Positions 18,266-27,383 of a stretch of DNA of 64,000 nucleotides are shown in pieces. The DNA is from an uncultured Chitinophagaceae bacterium (lineage in GTDB: Bacteria > Bacteroidota > Bacteroidia > Chitinophagales > Chitinophagaceae). The translations under genes and the position numbers were made by a program. The notes beneath the pieces were generated by a model. It was given only the letters and a program-made list of their open reading frames with translations, had not been told where the DNA came from and made no database searches. The stretch spans positions 5,455-69,454 of the forward strand of contig CALCEA010000113.1 in assembly GCA_937900675.1 (NCBI GenBank), given 5' to 3'. The first letter of the stretch is position 1; every line of letters starts with the position of its first letter.

Positions 18266-18299
18266 AAAAAAAATACAACGCCACATAATTGTAGCGTTG
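18266..18299 (-). terminator. rho-independent terminator: 10-bp stem (one G-U), ATTA loop, U8 tract
   Basis: Minus-strand RNA reads CAACGCTACA-ATTA-TGTGGCGTTG followed by TATTTTTTTT. It lies 27 nt after the dehydrogenase stop and 20 nt before the greA ATG. Confidence 0.8.
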
Positions 18300-18306
18300 C
18301 AGTACA

Positions 18307-18314
18307 CAAATATA
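18307..18314 (-). promoter_or_regulatory. candidate -7 box TATATTTG (TAnnTTTG) upstream of the terminator hairpin and greA
   Basis: Exact consensus match on the minus strand, between the dehydrogenase stop (18326) and the hairpin (18299). Confidence 0.4.
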
Positions 18315-18325
18315 TAAAAATTAGC

Positions 18326-19261
18326 TTAAATGATGCCTAATTTTTCGAGGGTAACCAGGGCCATTCTTTGATAAGCTTCGTGGCTATACCCAGCAATATG
18401 AGGGGTTACAAGGAATTGCGGCAGGGACATCAACTGCTCTAACTGAGCTTTTTCAGCTGCAGAATAAGTAGCTAATTGCTCGTTCTCCAGAACATCCAAT
18501 CCGGCTGCTCTAATTGATTGATTTTGAAGCGCTTTTAGCAATGCTGCAGTATCGGTTACCTGGCCCCTACAGGTACTAATGAAATAAGGCTTCTTTCTTA
18601 AACCATCAAAAAAAGCATCATTCGCATAGTGATAAGTCAAATCGGTTAGAGGCAAATGTAAACTAATCACATCTGCCTTTTCCTGCACTTCTTTTAAACT
18701 AGACAAACTAATATTAGGGTGATCAATATTTTTGGGCAATATATCAACTGCTAAAATTTGAACATCAAAACCAGATAAAACTTTTGCAAAAGCTGATCCA
18801 GTATTTCCATATCCAATAATGCCAACCGTTTTTCCAGTAAGTTCATCTGCCCTATTTAAATCTCTGATCCATTTACCTTCTTTAACTTCTGCATATGAAC
18901 TATTAATGCGATTCATTAAACTCAAGAGTAAGCCTAAACTATGTTCTCCAACAGTAGTTCGATTACCTTCCGGACTGGATACACATTGAATACCTTTTGT
19001 TGCAGCATAAGCAGCATCAATTAATTCCATTCCACTTCCCAATCTTCCAATCCATTTTAATTGAACTGCTTTATCTATGATGGATGCATCAATCTTTAAT
19101 CTGGTGGTTACAATAATACCAATAGCATCTACTATTATTTCACTCAATTCTTGATAAGTAATAGCCGGCTCGTACACAGATTCAAACCCTTTACTAGAAA
19201 GGGTTTCCAACAAATAAGGATGAACTGGTGCTGTGATGATAACTTTTACTGACATAGTCAA
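18326..19261 (-). CDS. NAD-dependent D-isomer-specific 2-hydroxyacid dehydrogenase (SerA/PdxB-like)
   Basis: 311 aa. Rossmann motif [12 protein letters not shown] and a catalytic region containing TCRG and TPHIAGYS. Confidence 0.85.
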   Translation of the reverse strand: MTMSVKVIITAPVHPYLLETLSSKGFESVYEPAITYQELSEIIVDAIGIIVTTRLKIDASIIDKAVQLKWIGRLGSGMELIDAAYAATKGIQCVSSPEGNRTTVGEHSLGLLLSLMNRINSSYAEVKEGKWIRDLNRADELTGKTVGIIGYGNTGSAFAKVLSGFDVQILAVDILPKNIDHPNISLSSLKEVQEKADVISLHLPLTDLTYHYANDAFFDGLRKKPYFISTCRGQVTDTAALLKALQNQSIRAAGLDVLENEQLATYSAAEKAQLEQLMSLPQFLVTPHIAGYSHEAYQRMALVTLEKLGII

Positions 19262-20023
19262 TTAAGGTTGATGCATTTTAAAGGTGAGTGCCGCGTAGTC
19301 TTCAAATGTTAAATTTTCTGCCCTCTTGGTAAATATGGGGTCTTCTAATTGAGCTGCAGTAAAATAAGGCTTTAATGGATTTCGAAGCATTTTTCTTCTT
19401 TGACCAAATGCCATTTTAACAATATGATAAAAACTTTTTTCTGATACCATTGCTGGAAAATTGGCTTTTCGTTTAAACATGATTACACCACTATCTACTT
19501 TGGGTGGTGGATTAAATGCCGCTGGTGGTACATCAAATAAATAAGTTACATCATAAAATGCTTGTGCTAAAACACTTAATATACCATAAGCTTTGGAATG
19601 TGGCTTTGCTGCAATTCTTTCTGCCACTTCTTTTTGAAACATACCCACCATCAACGGTACTTGCGCTTTCCAGTCCAAAACTTTAAATACAATTTGAGTA
19701 GAAATATTGTAGGGGAAATTACCTACTAAAACAAAGGACCCATCAAAAGGTATAGCTGTTTCTAAAAAGTCCTCATTAATCAACTTACCCGCCAAATCAG
19801 GATAAGCATGTAATAAGTAATTCACTTTCTCGGTATCTAATTCTATTGCCTTGTATGAATGAGTGGGGATTTTATAAATAAACTCTGTTAATGCCCCTGC
19901 TCCAGGCCCTACTTCCACCAATTGTTTGATGGGCTCTTCCAGCAATACAGCGCGTATTTTTTCACAAACGGTCTTGTCCATTAAGAAATGCTGACCGAGC
20001 GATTTTTTAAGTGTGTATTGCAT
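19262..20023 (-). CDS. rsmA: 16S rRNA (adenine1518/1519-N6)-dimethyltransferase
   Basis: 253 aa. Contains LGQHFL, the SAM motif EVGPGAGALT and NFPYNIST. Confidence 0.95.
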   Translation of the reverse strand: MQYTLKKSLGQHFLMDKTVCEKIRAVLLEEPIKQLVEVGPGAGALTEFIYKIPTHSYKAIELDTEKVNYLLHAYPDLAGKLINEDFLETAIPFDGSFVLVGNFPYNISTQIVFKVLDWKAQVPLMVGMFQKEVAERIAAKPHSKAYGILSVLAQAFYDVTYLFDVPPAAFNPPPKVDSGVIMFKRKANFPAMVSEKSFYHIVKMAFGQRRKMLRNPLKPYFTAAQLEDPIFTKRAENLTFEDYAALTFKMHQP

Positions 20024-20073
20024 GTAGCAAAGTTAGGTTTTTGTGCGTACTTTTACAGCCTAATCAATAGGAT

Positions 20074-21162
20074 ATGAACACTGAGATCAGAAAACCGGTT
20101 ATTGGCTTCACTTGTGGTGACTTGAATGGTATTGGATTGGAATTAATCATTAAATCCCTGTCTGATAGCAGAATCCTTGATTTTATGGTACCTGTTGTTT
20201 TTGCGAATAATAAAACTATCAATTTTTATAGAAAGGGCTTGCCTGAATTCAACCTAACCTTTGCCGTTTTGAACGATCTTTCTAAGTTGAATCCAAAACA
20301 AGTGAATGTATTCAATTGTTGGGAAGAGGAAGTTGAAATCACTCCAGGTGAATTAACTGCAACAGGTGGTAAATATGCACTCATTTCTTTAGAGAAAGCG
20401 GTTGAAGCATTAAAGAACAAGACAATTGATGGAATAGTAACTGCACCTATTCACAAGAAGAATATTCAATCGGACGCATTTAATTTTAGTGGACATACTC
20501 CTTATTTACAACATGCCTTTGGTAACACAGAAAACTTAATGCTATTAGTTGCAGAAAATTTAAGAATGGCCTTGGTTACAGAACATGTTACAGTAGGTGA
20601 AATTGCTAAGCATATCACTAAAGATAAAATCAAACAAAAATTAGCCATACTCAATGCTAGTTTGCAAAAAGATTTTGGTGTTGATAAACCTAGAATTGCC
20701 GTACTCGCTTTAAACCCACATGCAGGTGACGAAGGCTTAATTGGAAAAGAAGAAATAGAAATCATCAAGCCTGCTATTAAAGAAAGCAAGCAAAATATAT
20801 TGGTATTTGGACCTTACTCAGCAGATGCTTTTTTTGCTAGAGGTGCGCATGAGAAATTTGATGGCGTATTGGCCATGTACCACGATCAGGGTTTAATTCC
20901 ATTTAAATCATTGGCTTTTGGAGAAGGCGTGAATTTTACAGCTGGCCTTCCTATTGTAAGAACTAGTCCAGATCACGGAACCGCTTTTGATATTGCTGGA
21001 AAAAACAAAGCAGATGCTAGCTCATTCACTGCAAGTATTTTTGAATGCGTTAGAATTATACATGCTAGACAGGGATATCATGACATGCGTTTGAATCCAC
21101 TTAAGAAAATGAGTGCTAGAATGTTTGCTGGAGCAGTAGACGAAAGATTAGACGAAGCTTAA
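20074..21162 (+). CDS. pdxA: 4-hydroxythreonine-4-phosphate dehydrogenase
   Basis: 362 aa. Contains LNPHAGDEGLIGKEE, MYHDQGLIPFK and RTSPDHGTAFDIAGK. Confidence 0.93.
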   Translation: MNTEIRKPVIGFTCGDLNGIGLELIIKSLSDSRILDFMVPVVFANNKTINFYRKGLPEFNLTFAVLNDLSKLNPKQVNVFNCWEEEVEITPGELTATGGKYALISLEKAVEALKNKTIDGIVTAPIHKKNIQSDAFNFSGHTPYLQHAFGNTENLMLLVAENLRMALVTEHVTVGEIAKHITKDKIKQKLAILNASLQKDFGVDKPRIAVLALNPHAGDEGLIGKEEIEIIKPAIKESKQNILVFGPYSADAFFARGAHEKFDGVLAMYHDQGLIPFKSLAFGEGVNFTAGLPIVRTSPDHGTAFDIAGKNKADASSFTASIFECVRIIHARQGYHDMRLNPLKKMSARMFAGAVDERLDEA

Positions 21163-21164
21163 TA

Positions 21165-21797
21165 CTATTTACAGTTATCTGTAATTTCTTTAATGACATT
21201 GACTCCCCAATGAGGCATATAATATGCTGGGTTTAGTTTTGCCTGCGCAATTAGTTTTTCAGAAGCTAAAATTGCAACTGCATAGGACTTAGCACAACCA
21301 CCGCCTAACACAACAGGCATATGATACTGAAGGCTTGCCTCTAATGCATAGATTCTTGGATTTTCTTTATTGATTTTTTTAGCGGCCACTAATGGAGACT
21401 TTATTTTTTGCTCATACCTTAACCATCTTGTATAAGGACTTACAGACATCTTTGCAGTATATGCTAAACTCTCTACACAAAGTATTTCATCATTCACTTG
21501 TATTTTTTTAGCTTTTTCAATCAACTCAATTGATTGATTTGCTAGATCATCTGCATGATCCATTTTTAACATGGACATTCTAGATTTAATAAGTGCCATA
21601 TAATACAAAGGAAGCCATTCATTCGTATAGGTTTTTGAAATGGGTTCTAATTTTAATAAAACAGCTTGATAATCTTTTGCTGAAGATGCTACATCAAAAG
21701 ATTTAACTGCAAGATTCATATCTGTAACAAACTGTACAGATTGACTTTGTACTGAGTTAAAACAAACAAAAAAGAATATGAATATACAATAGCGCAT
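21165..21797 (-). CDS. hypothetical secreted helical protein
   Basis: 210 aa. N-terminal signal peptide (FFFVCFNSVQSQS) and a helix-rich sequence. No family recognised. Confidence 0.6.
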   Translation of the reverse strand: MRYCIFIFFFVCFNSVQSQSVQFVTDMNLAVKSFDVASSAKDYQAVLLKLEPISKTYTNEWLPLYYMALIKSRMSMLKMDHADDLANQSIELIEKAKKIQVNDEILCVESLAYTAKMSVSPYTRWLRYEQKIKSPLVAAKKINKENPRIYALEASLQYHMPVVLGGGCAKSYAVAILASEKLIAQAKLNPAYYMPHWGVNVIKEITDNCK

Positions 21798-21823
21798 CTG
21801 CCATTAAAATTAGCGCTTTCTAA

Positions 21824-22513
21824 TTAAAAGCTAGCATTGGATACCCCTTTGTTAATGGTATACTTAGTATAAGTGATTTCGATAGTGCCTTTTTTATTCT
21901 TCTTCGCCTTTTCTTTACTTACTGGAGCTTCGTCACCAAATTCCAAAGTAATACCATTAGGCAATTTATAATCCTTCGTATTAAATCCAAAGATAATTTT
22001 TGAAGGCAATCCATAATTTGCATAAGCACCATATTCCATGGTAATTTCAAAGCTACCGTTCTCCTTGGTAGTAGTGAAAGTTTTATACACCAAGGATTCC
22101 ACAGGATCAATCCATAATGTAGAAATTACCCATTCTAATTGATCATCCGTTGGAACTAATTTGTACACTTCTAGGTTTTTTCCTTGATATACTTGTTTGC
22201 CAGAAGCAATGGCAATGTATTGATTCGTATTTAATAAAGAATTCATGGTAATAGACACTCCCCCTTTTGGCAACAAAGAGATACCACCATCTTTCTTTAC
22301 TTTAATCAGATTGGGTTTTTTATAATATACTTTTACCTTACCTAAAGAGGCTTTAATAAAAGACACATCTGTTTTCATCACCCCTTCTGCCACATAATCA
22401 TTGACTAGTGCCAATTTTTGTCTCACTTTTTCAACCACTACATTGGTTTGAGCAGTCATGCTAGATGATACAAAAAACAATAAACCAACTATAGCAAAGC
22501 ATTTAATTTTCAT
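21824..22513 (-). CDS. LolA-like (outer-membrane lipoprotein-sorting fold) periplasmic protein
   Basis: 229 aa. Signal peptide, beta-rich sequence, N-terminal VEKVRQKL..V.DYVAEGVMKTDV pattern as in LolA-like/DUF4367-type proteins. Lys-rich insert near the C-terminus. Confidence 0.55.
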   Translation of the reverse strand: MKIKCFAIVGLLFFVSSSMTAQTNVVVEKVRQKLALVNDYVAEGVMKTDVSFIKASLGKVKVYYKKPNLIKVKKDGGISLLPKGGVSITMNSLLNTNQYIAIASGKQVYQGKNLEVYKLVPTDDQLEWVISTLWIDPVESLVYKTFTTTKENGSFEITMEYGAYANYGLPSKIIFGFNTKDYKLPNGITLEFGDEAPVSKEKAKKNKKGTIEITYTKYTINKGVSNASF

Positions 22514-22517
22514 AATA

Positions 22518-23393
22518 TTAACTTAAAACATCTTTCTTTTTCATAATAACAACACTTGCCCCAACAAATAAAACTATATGAATACTCAACACCAATAAAG
22601 ATGTTTTGATTTTCTGAATATTTAAAATACTTCCAGTGATGGCTTCATTGTTTTCAGTGACTTGAATATCAAAAAACTCTTTCCAATTATTCATATGAGT
22701 AGTAAATAAATAAGGCTTTACCACATTAAATAATGGAATATTCAAAGTGCTTAGAATAGTGAAAAACACAATAGCGCTGATGGTTGCCACAATGGGACCA
22801 ATAGAATTATTGGCAAGACTTGACATTAAGAATCCTAATGCAGTTACTGTTAACAAAGAGAAGCTTGCAAAAACAAATGCTCCTACATATCTCCAAAACA
22901 CATCCTGACTTTCTATCAAAACCACATAATTAGACTTCATCAAGAATAAATCATCTGTGCCAAAAATATACATGCTTAAAAACAATGCCAGAGCGGCTAA
23001 CCATATTAATAATAAAATAGTATAAATACTTGCAGCGATAAATTTAGCCAATACCCACTGTGTTCTGCTATAAGGTGTGGTAAAAAGTAATCTTAGGGTT
23101 CCTAAATTAGCTTCCCCAGATAACATATCTGCCGCTATTAATGCTACCAATAATGGAACATGCACCAAAAGCAATTGTAATAAAATATAACAAATCAAAT
23201 ATCCATTCAATACTTTTCCATCAACAATCAAAGTATTATTGATATCCTTCATTAAAAAAGCAGCATAAGCTTCGCCATCAATCTTCAAACCCATTTGTAT
23301 TACCCAAATTAATGCAGCAATGGCACCAAAAGCAATATAGGTTCTTGGCCTTTTATAAATTTTATACAATTCTATTTGAATAATCGACCACAT
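22518..23393 (-). CDS. ABC-2 type transporter permease
   Basis: 291 aa, 6 predicted TM helices. Starts immediately after the ATPase stop (23394/23393). Confidence 0.8.
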   Translation of the reverse strand: MWSIIQIELYKIYKRPRTYIAFGAIAALIWVIQMGLKIDGEAYAAFLMKDINNTLIVDGKVLNGYLICYILLQLLLVHVPLLVALIAADMLSGEANLGTLRLLFTTPYSRTQWVLAKFIAASIYTILLLIWLAALALFLSMYIFGTDDLFLMKSNYVVLIESQDVFWRYVGAFVFASFSLLTVTALGFLMSSLANNSIGPIVATISAIVFFTILSTLNIPLFNVVKPYLFTTHMNNWKEFFDIQVTENNEAITGSILNIQKIKTSLLVLSIHIVLFVGASVVIMKKKDVLS

Positions 23394-24302
23394 TTAATTG
23401 GATTGAGAAGTGATTTGTAAGAAATAGTCTTCTAATGAACGCTTTGCCTCTAATGATACTATGGGCAATTCGGCAGTCACTATGTATTGATGCAATGCTG
23501 CTATTTTTTCAGTGGGTATAGATAAATAAATACCTTCTTCTCTATCTAATACATATGGAGCAAATTCAGATTGACTAATTTTTTCTTTTGCCAAAACATC
23601 GTTATTGGTACTTAGTTTCATTAAAGATTTTGATGGATCTAATAATGTCGCAGTTGGGCCTAAAGCAATTTTCTTGCCTTGATGGATAATCAAAATCTGG
23701 TGCGCCATTTGCTCTATTTCTGTAAGCAAATGAGAAGACACTAATACTGTCTTACCTTCTTTTTGAGCCAGGTCTTTGATTAAATGTCTAATATCGGCAA
23801 TACCCTGAGGATCTAATCCATTGGTGGGCTCGTCTAAAATAACTAGTTCTGGTTGATGCACTAAAGCTATAGCGATCCCTAAACGCTGCTTCATTCCTAA
23901 GGAGAATGTTTGTGCTTTATCCAAAGCTCTATTAGACAAGCCAACCTGTTGTAAGGTATGTTCAATTTGACTAGCACTGATTTTTTTCTGGCTTAGCTTG
24001 GCGAATAATTGCAGATGTTCTTTAGCAGTTAAATAAGGATATAAATCTGGTCGCTCGATAATGGCACCCATTTTTTTGGCAATCTGATTTCGCTGAGCGG
24101 TAATATCTTGACCAAAAATTTCAATATGTCCACTGGTTGGATGAATCAGAGAAAGCAGCATTCTTATAGTAGTGCTCTTACCAGATCCATTTTGACCCAA
24201 AAAGCCAAATATCTGACCTTCATTCACATCAAAAGATAAATCCTTGACAGCTTCAAGGCTACCAAAATTTTTACACAAAGAATCTACTTTAATGATGGAC
24301 AT
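23394..24302 (-). CDS. ABC transporter ATP-binding protein (ABC-2/CcmA-like)
   Basis: 302 aa. Walker A GQNGSGKST, signature FSLGMKQRL and Walker B LILDEPTNGLD. Confidence 0.92.
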   Translation of the reverse strand: MSIIKVDSLCKNFGSLEAVKDLSFDVNEGQIFGFLGQNGSGKSTTIRMLLSLIHPTSGHIEIFGQDITAQRNQIAKKMGAIIERPDLYPYLTAKEHLQLFAKLSQKKISASQIEHTLQQVGLSNRALDKAQTFSLGMKQRLGIAIALVHQPELVILDEPTNGLDPQGIADIRHLIKDLAQKEGKTVLVSSHLLTEIEQMAHQILIIHQGKKIALGPTATLLDPSKSLMKLSTNNDVLAKEKISQSEFAPYVLDREEGIYLSIPTEKIAALHQYIVTAELPIVSLEAKRSLEDYFLQITSQSN

Positions 24303-24313
24303 ATACTTATAAC

Positions 24314-24342
24314 AAAAAGCCCCGAATTTAGTTCGGGGCTTT
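24314..24342 (-). terminator. rho-independent terminator downstream of atpA
   Basis: Minus-strand RNA reads AAAGCCCCGAA-CTAAA-TTCGGGGCTTT followed by TTGTT. Perfect 11-bp GC-rich stem, 9 nt after the atpA stop. Confidence 0.85.
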
Positions 24343-24350
24343 CATTGAAT

Positions 24351-25928
24351 TTATTTGTATTGAGGAATCAAACCGTTGGCTAGATCTACCATTTGTTTTA
24401 ATCCATCTTCAGGTAAGTTACCTTTTTTGAATTCAGCTAAAACATTAGGTAATTTGTTGCTCATCTCTAATAAGAAATGCGCTTCAAATTCTTTCACCTT
24501 GCTTACAGCTACTTCTTTCAATAAACCTTGAGTACCTAAGTAGATAATCGCTACTTGCTTCTCAACAGTGAAAGGAGAATATTGTGCTTGCTTTAAGATT
24601 TCAACGTTTCTTGCACCTTTATCAATTACATTCTTAGTTGCAGCATCTAAGTCACCACCAAACTTAGAGAAAGCTTCTAACTCACGGTATAATGCTTGGT
24701 CTAATTTTAAGGTACCAGATACTTTCTTCATTGATTTGATCTGCGCGTTACCACCCACACGACTTACAGAGATACCTACGTTAATCGCTGGACGAATACC
24801 TGCGTTAAATAAGTTACCTTCTAAGAAGATCTGACCATCTGTAATAGAGATTACGTTTGTTGGGATATAAGCAGATACATCACCCGCTTGTGTTTCGATA
24901 ATTGGTAATGCTGTTAAAGAACCACCACCTTTTACCAAATGCTTAATAGATTCTGGTAAATCGTTCATGTTCTTAGCAATCTCGTCGTTCGCAATTACTT
25001 TCGCAGCACGCTCTAATAAACGACTATGTAAATAGAATACATCACCAGGATATGCTTCACGACCTGGAGGTCTTCTTAACAATAATGATACTTCACGATA
25101 TGCTACCGCTTGTTTTGATAAGTCATCAAATACAATCAATGCTGGCTTACCACAATCACGGAAGAACTCACCCACAGCAGCACCAGCGAATGGAGCATAG
25201 AATTGTTGAGGAGCTGGATCCGCTGCAGAAGCAGCAACGATAGTTGTATAAGCCATTGCACCATTCTCTTCTAATGTTTTCATAACACCAGCAATAGTAG
25301 ATGCTTTTTGTCCAATCGCAACATAGATGCAATACACTGGTTGACCAGCATCATAAAACTCTTTTTGATTGATAATAGTATCAATACAAATTGCAGTCTT
25401 ACCTGTTTGACGGTCACCGATAACCAACTCACGCTGACCACGACCAATAGGAATCATCGCGTCAATCGCTTTGATACCTGTTTGTAGTGGCTCTTTTACA
25501 GGCTCTCTAAAGATTACCCCTGGTGCTTTACGCTCCAATGGCATTTCATATAAATCACCTTTGATAGGACCTTTTCCATCGATAGGCTCACCTAACATAT
25601 TAATTACACGACCCACCAAACCTTCTCCTACTTTAATAGAAGCGATCTGACCAGTTCTCTTTACTTTGTTTCCCTCTTTGATTGACTTGCTATCTCCCAT
25701 CAATACCACACCCACATTGTCTTCCTCTAAGTTCAATGCAATTGCTTTAACGCCGTTTTCAAACTCCACCAATTCACCACTTCTAACGCCATTTAAACCA
25801 TATACACGGGCAATACCATCACCCACTTGTAATACGGTTCCCACTTCTTCCAAATCAGCCGAAGCATTGAAATTACTCAATTGCTGTCTTAGTATCGCTG
25901 ATATTTCATCAGGTTTAATGTCCGCCAT
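24351..25928 (-). CDS. atpA: F1 ATP synthase subunit alpha
   Basis: 525 aa with P-loop GDRQTGKT, collinear with AtpA along its full length. Confidence 0.98.
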   Translation of the reverse strand: MADIKPDEISAILRQQLSNFNASADLEEVGTVLQVGDGIARVYGLNGVRSGELVEFENGVKAIALNLEEDNVGVVLMGDSKSIKEGNKVKRTGQIASIKVGEGLVGRVINMLGEPIDGKGPIKGDLYEMPLERKAPGVIFREPVKEPLQTGIKAIDAMIPIGRGQRELVIGDRQTGKTAICIDTIINQKEFYDAGQPVYCIYVAIGQKASTIAGVMKTLEENGAMAYTTIVAASAADPAPQQFYAPFAGAAVGEFFRDCGKPALIVFDDLSKQAVAYREVSLLLRRPPGREAYPGDVFYLHSRLLERAAKVIANDEIAKNMNDLPESIKHLVKGGGSLTALPIIETQAGDVSAYIPTNVISITDGQIFLEGNLFNAGIRPAINVGISVSRVGGNAQIKSMKKVSGTLKLDQALYRELEAFSKFGGDLDAATKNVIDKGARNVEILKQAQYSPFTVEKQVAIIYLGTQGLLKEVAVSKVKEFEAHFLLEMSNKLPNVLAEFKKGNLPEDGLKQMVDLANGLIPQYK

Positions 25929-25956
25929 AACTGTCTATTTTAATGTAATTGTTATT

Positions 25957-26517
25957 TTATATTTTACTTATAAATTCGTTATTCAAAAATTGCTTTTTGA
26001 TATCTCTTAAATCTCTTGCAATACTCGCGTCAACGATATTGTTATTGAATTCTAAAACAAATCCACCAATAATAGCTTCATCTGTTTTAGTAGTTAACTC
26101 AACTGATGCAAACTGATGTGCTGATTTTACTTTTTCTTCAATTGATTTTTTCAAATCGTCACTTACTTGAACTGCAGTAGTTAAAGTAACTTGATGTATT
26201 CCTTTAATCGCATTGTACTGCTCAATAAAAGCAGTGGCCATTTCAGGTAATACAGCTTCTCTGCCTTTCTTTACTAATAAAACAGTAAATGAATTGGTCA
26301 AGCTGCTTACATTACTCTTGGTGACAGCATCAATGATGCTATTCTTTTGACCTGCATTAATAATTGGACTTCTTAATACATTAACAAAATCTTGATTAGC
26401 ATTACAAACAGCATGAATATATTTCATGTCTGCATATATTGTCTCTAATTGATTTTGCTCTGTAGCTAAATCAATTAAACTTTTTGCATATCTACTTGCT
26501 AAACGTGCGTTAGACAT
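25957..26517 (-). CDS. atpH: F1 ATP synthase subunit delta (OSCP)
   Basis: 186 aa. N-terminus ARRYAKSL-like (ASRYAKSLIDLA). Lies between atpF and atpA. Confidence 0.9.
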   Translation of the reverse strand: MSNARLASRYAKSLIDLATEQNQLETIYADMKYIHAVCNANQDFVNVLRSPIINAGQKNSIIDAVTKSNVSSLTNSFTVLLVKKGREAVLPEMATAFIEQYNAIKGIHQVTLTTAVQVSDDLKKSIEEKVKSAHQFASVELTTKTDEAIIGGFVLEFNNNIVDASIARDLRDIKKQFLNNEFISKI

Positions 26518-26522
26518 CTTTT

Positions 26523-27035
26523 TTAATTTAATTTAACTCCTTCAGCTAATTGCTTAATATAAGCTTCTTGTTCTGCTTTATTAGACAACTCTTTTCTTAA
26601 TATTTTTTCAGCAACATCAATCACCAACCCACCCACTTGATTTTTTACATCAGTGATGGCTGCATTTTTTTGTTGTTGGATAGCCAATTGTGCATCAGCT
26701 AAAATTCTGTCATATTCTGACTTTGCTTTTTCTTTCGCATCTGCTATCATTTTTTCAGAAGCTTCTTTTGCTTCTTTGATTAATGTAGCTCTCTCTTCGC
26801 GTGCCTTAGCCAACAAAGTTTCGTTTTCGTTTTGCATAGTTGCAATTTCAGCCTTCATCTTGTCTGCACGCAACAAAGCTTCTTCAATACCGTTTTCACG
26901 ATCTAAAATAGCTTTTAACATTGGCTTCCATGCAAACTTGCCTAATATCACTAATAAAACTACAAACGCAATGGTATTCCAAAATACCAAACCGATATCT
27001 GGTAATACTAAAGGGTTAATTTCTAATATGAACAT
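26523..27035 (-). CDS. atpF: F0 ATP synthase subunit b
   Basis: 170 aa. One N-terminal TM helix, then a long Ala/Glu/Lys-rich coiled coil. Position in the operon fits. Confidence 0.9.
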   Translation of the reverse strand: MFILEINPLVLPDIGLVFWNTIAFVVLLVILGKFAWKPMLKAILDRENGIEEALLRADKMKAEIATMQNENETLLAKAREERATLIKEAKEASEKMIADAKEKAKSEYDRILADAQLAIQQQKNAAITDVKNQVGGLVIDVAEKILRKELSNKAEQEAYIKQLAEGVKLN

Positions 27036-27063
27036 AAGATTCGTTTATCTTAATTAATAATTT

Positions 27064-27071
27064 CAAAGTTA
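27064..27071 (-). promoter_or_regulatory. candidate internal -7 box TAACTTTG upstream of atpF
   Basis: Exact TAnnTTTG match on the minus strand, directly 3-prime of the atpE hairpin and 28 nt before the atpF ATG. Confidence 0.35.
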
Positions 27072-27105
27072 AAATAGGCCCTTCGCCCTGTGCTAGGGCC
27101 TATTT
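27072..27105 (-). terminator. intra-operon stem-loop after atpE (11-bp perfect stem, 12-nt loop), possible partial terminator or mRNA stabiliser
   Basis: AAATAGGCCCT (27072..27082) pairs perfectly with AGGGCCTATTT (27095..27105). On the minus strand it is followed only by a short T tract (TTTTAAC). Confidence 0.5.
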
Positions 27106-27128
27106 AATTTTTTGGATATCCAAATTGA

Positions 27129-27356
<228 letters not shown>

Positions 27357-27383
27357 TTATTGAAAAAATCTTTAATAATATTT

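Noticed and set aside
26653-27057. 134-aa ORF on the plus strand, antisense to atpF
   Set aside because: It lies entirely inside the well-supported atpF gene. Its Ser/Phe/Ala-rich product is the typical mirror of a Lys/Glu/Ala-rich coiled-coil gene. It has no promoter box or independent support.
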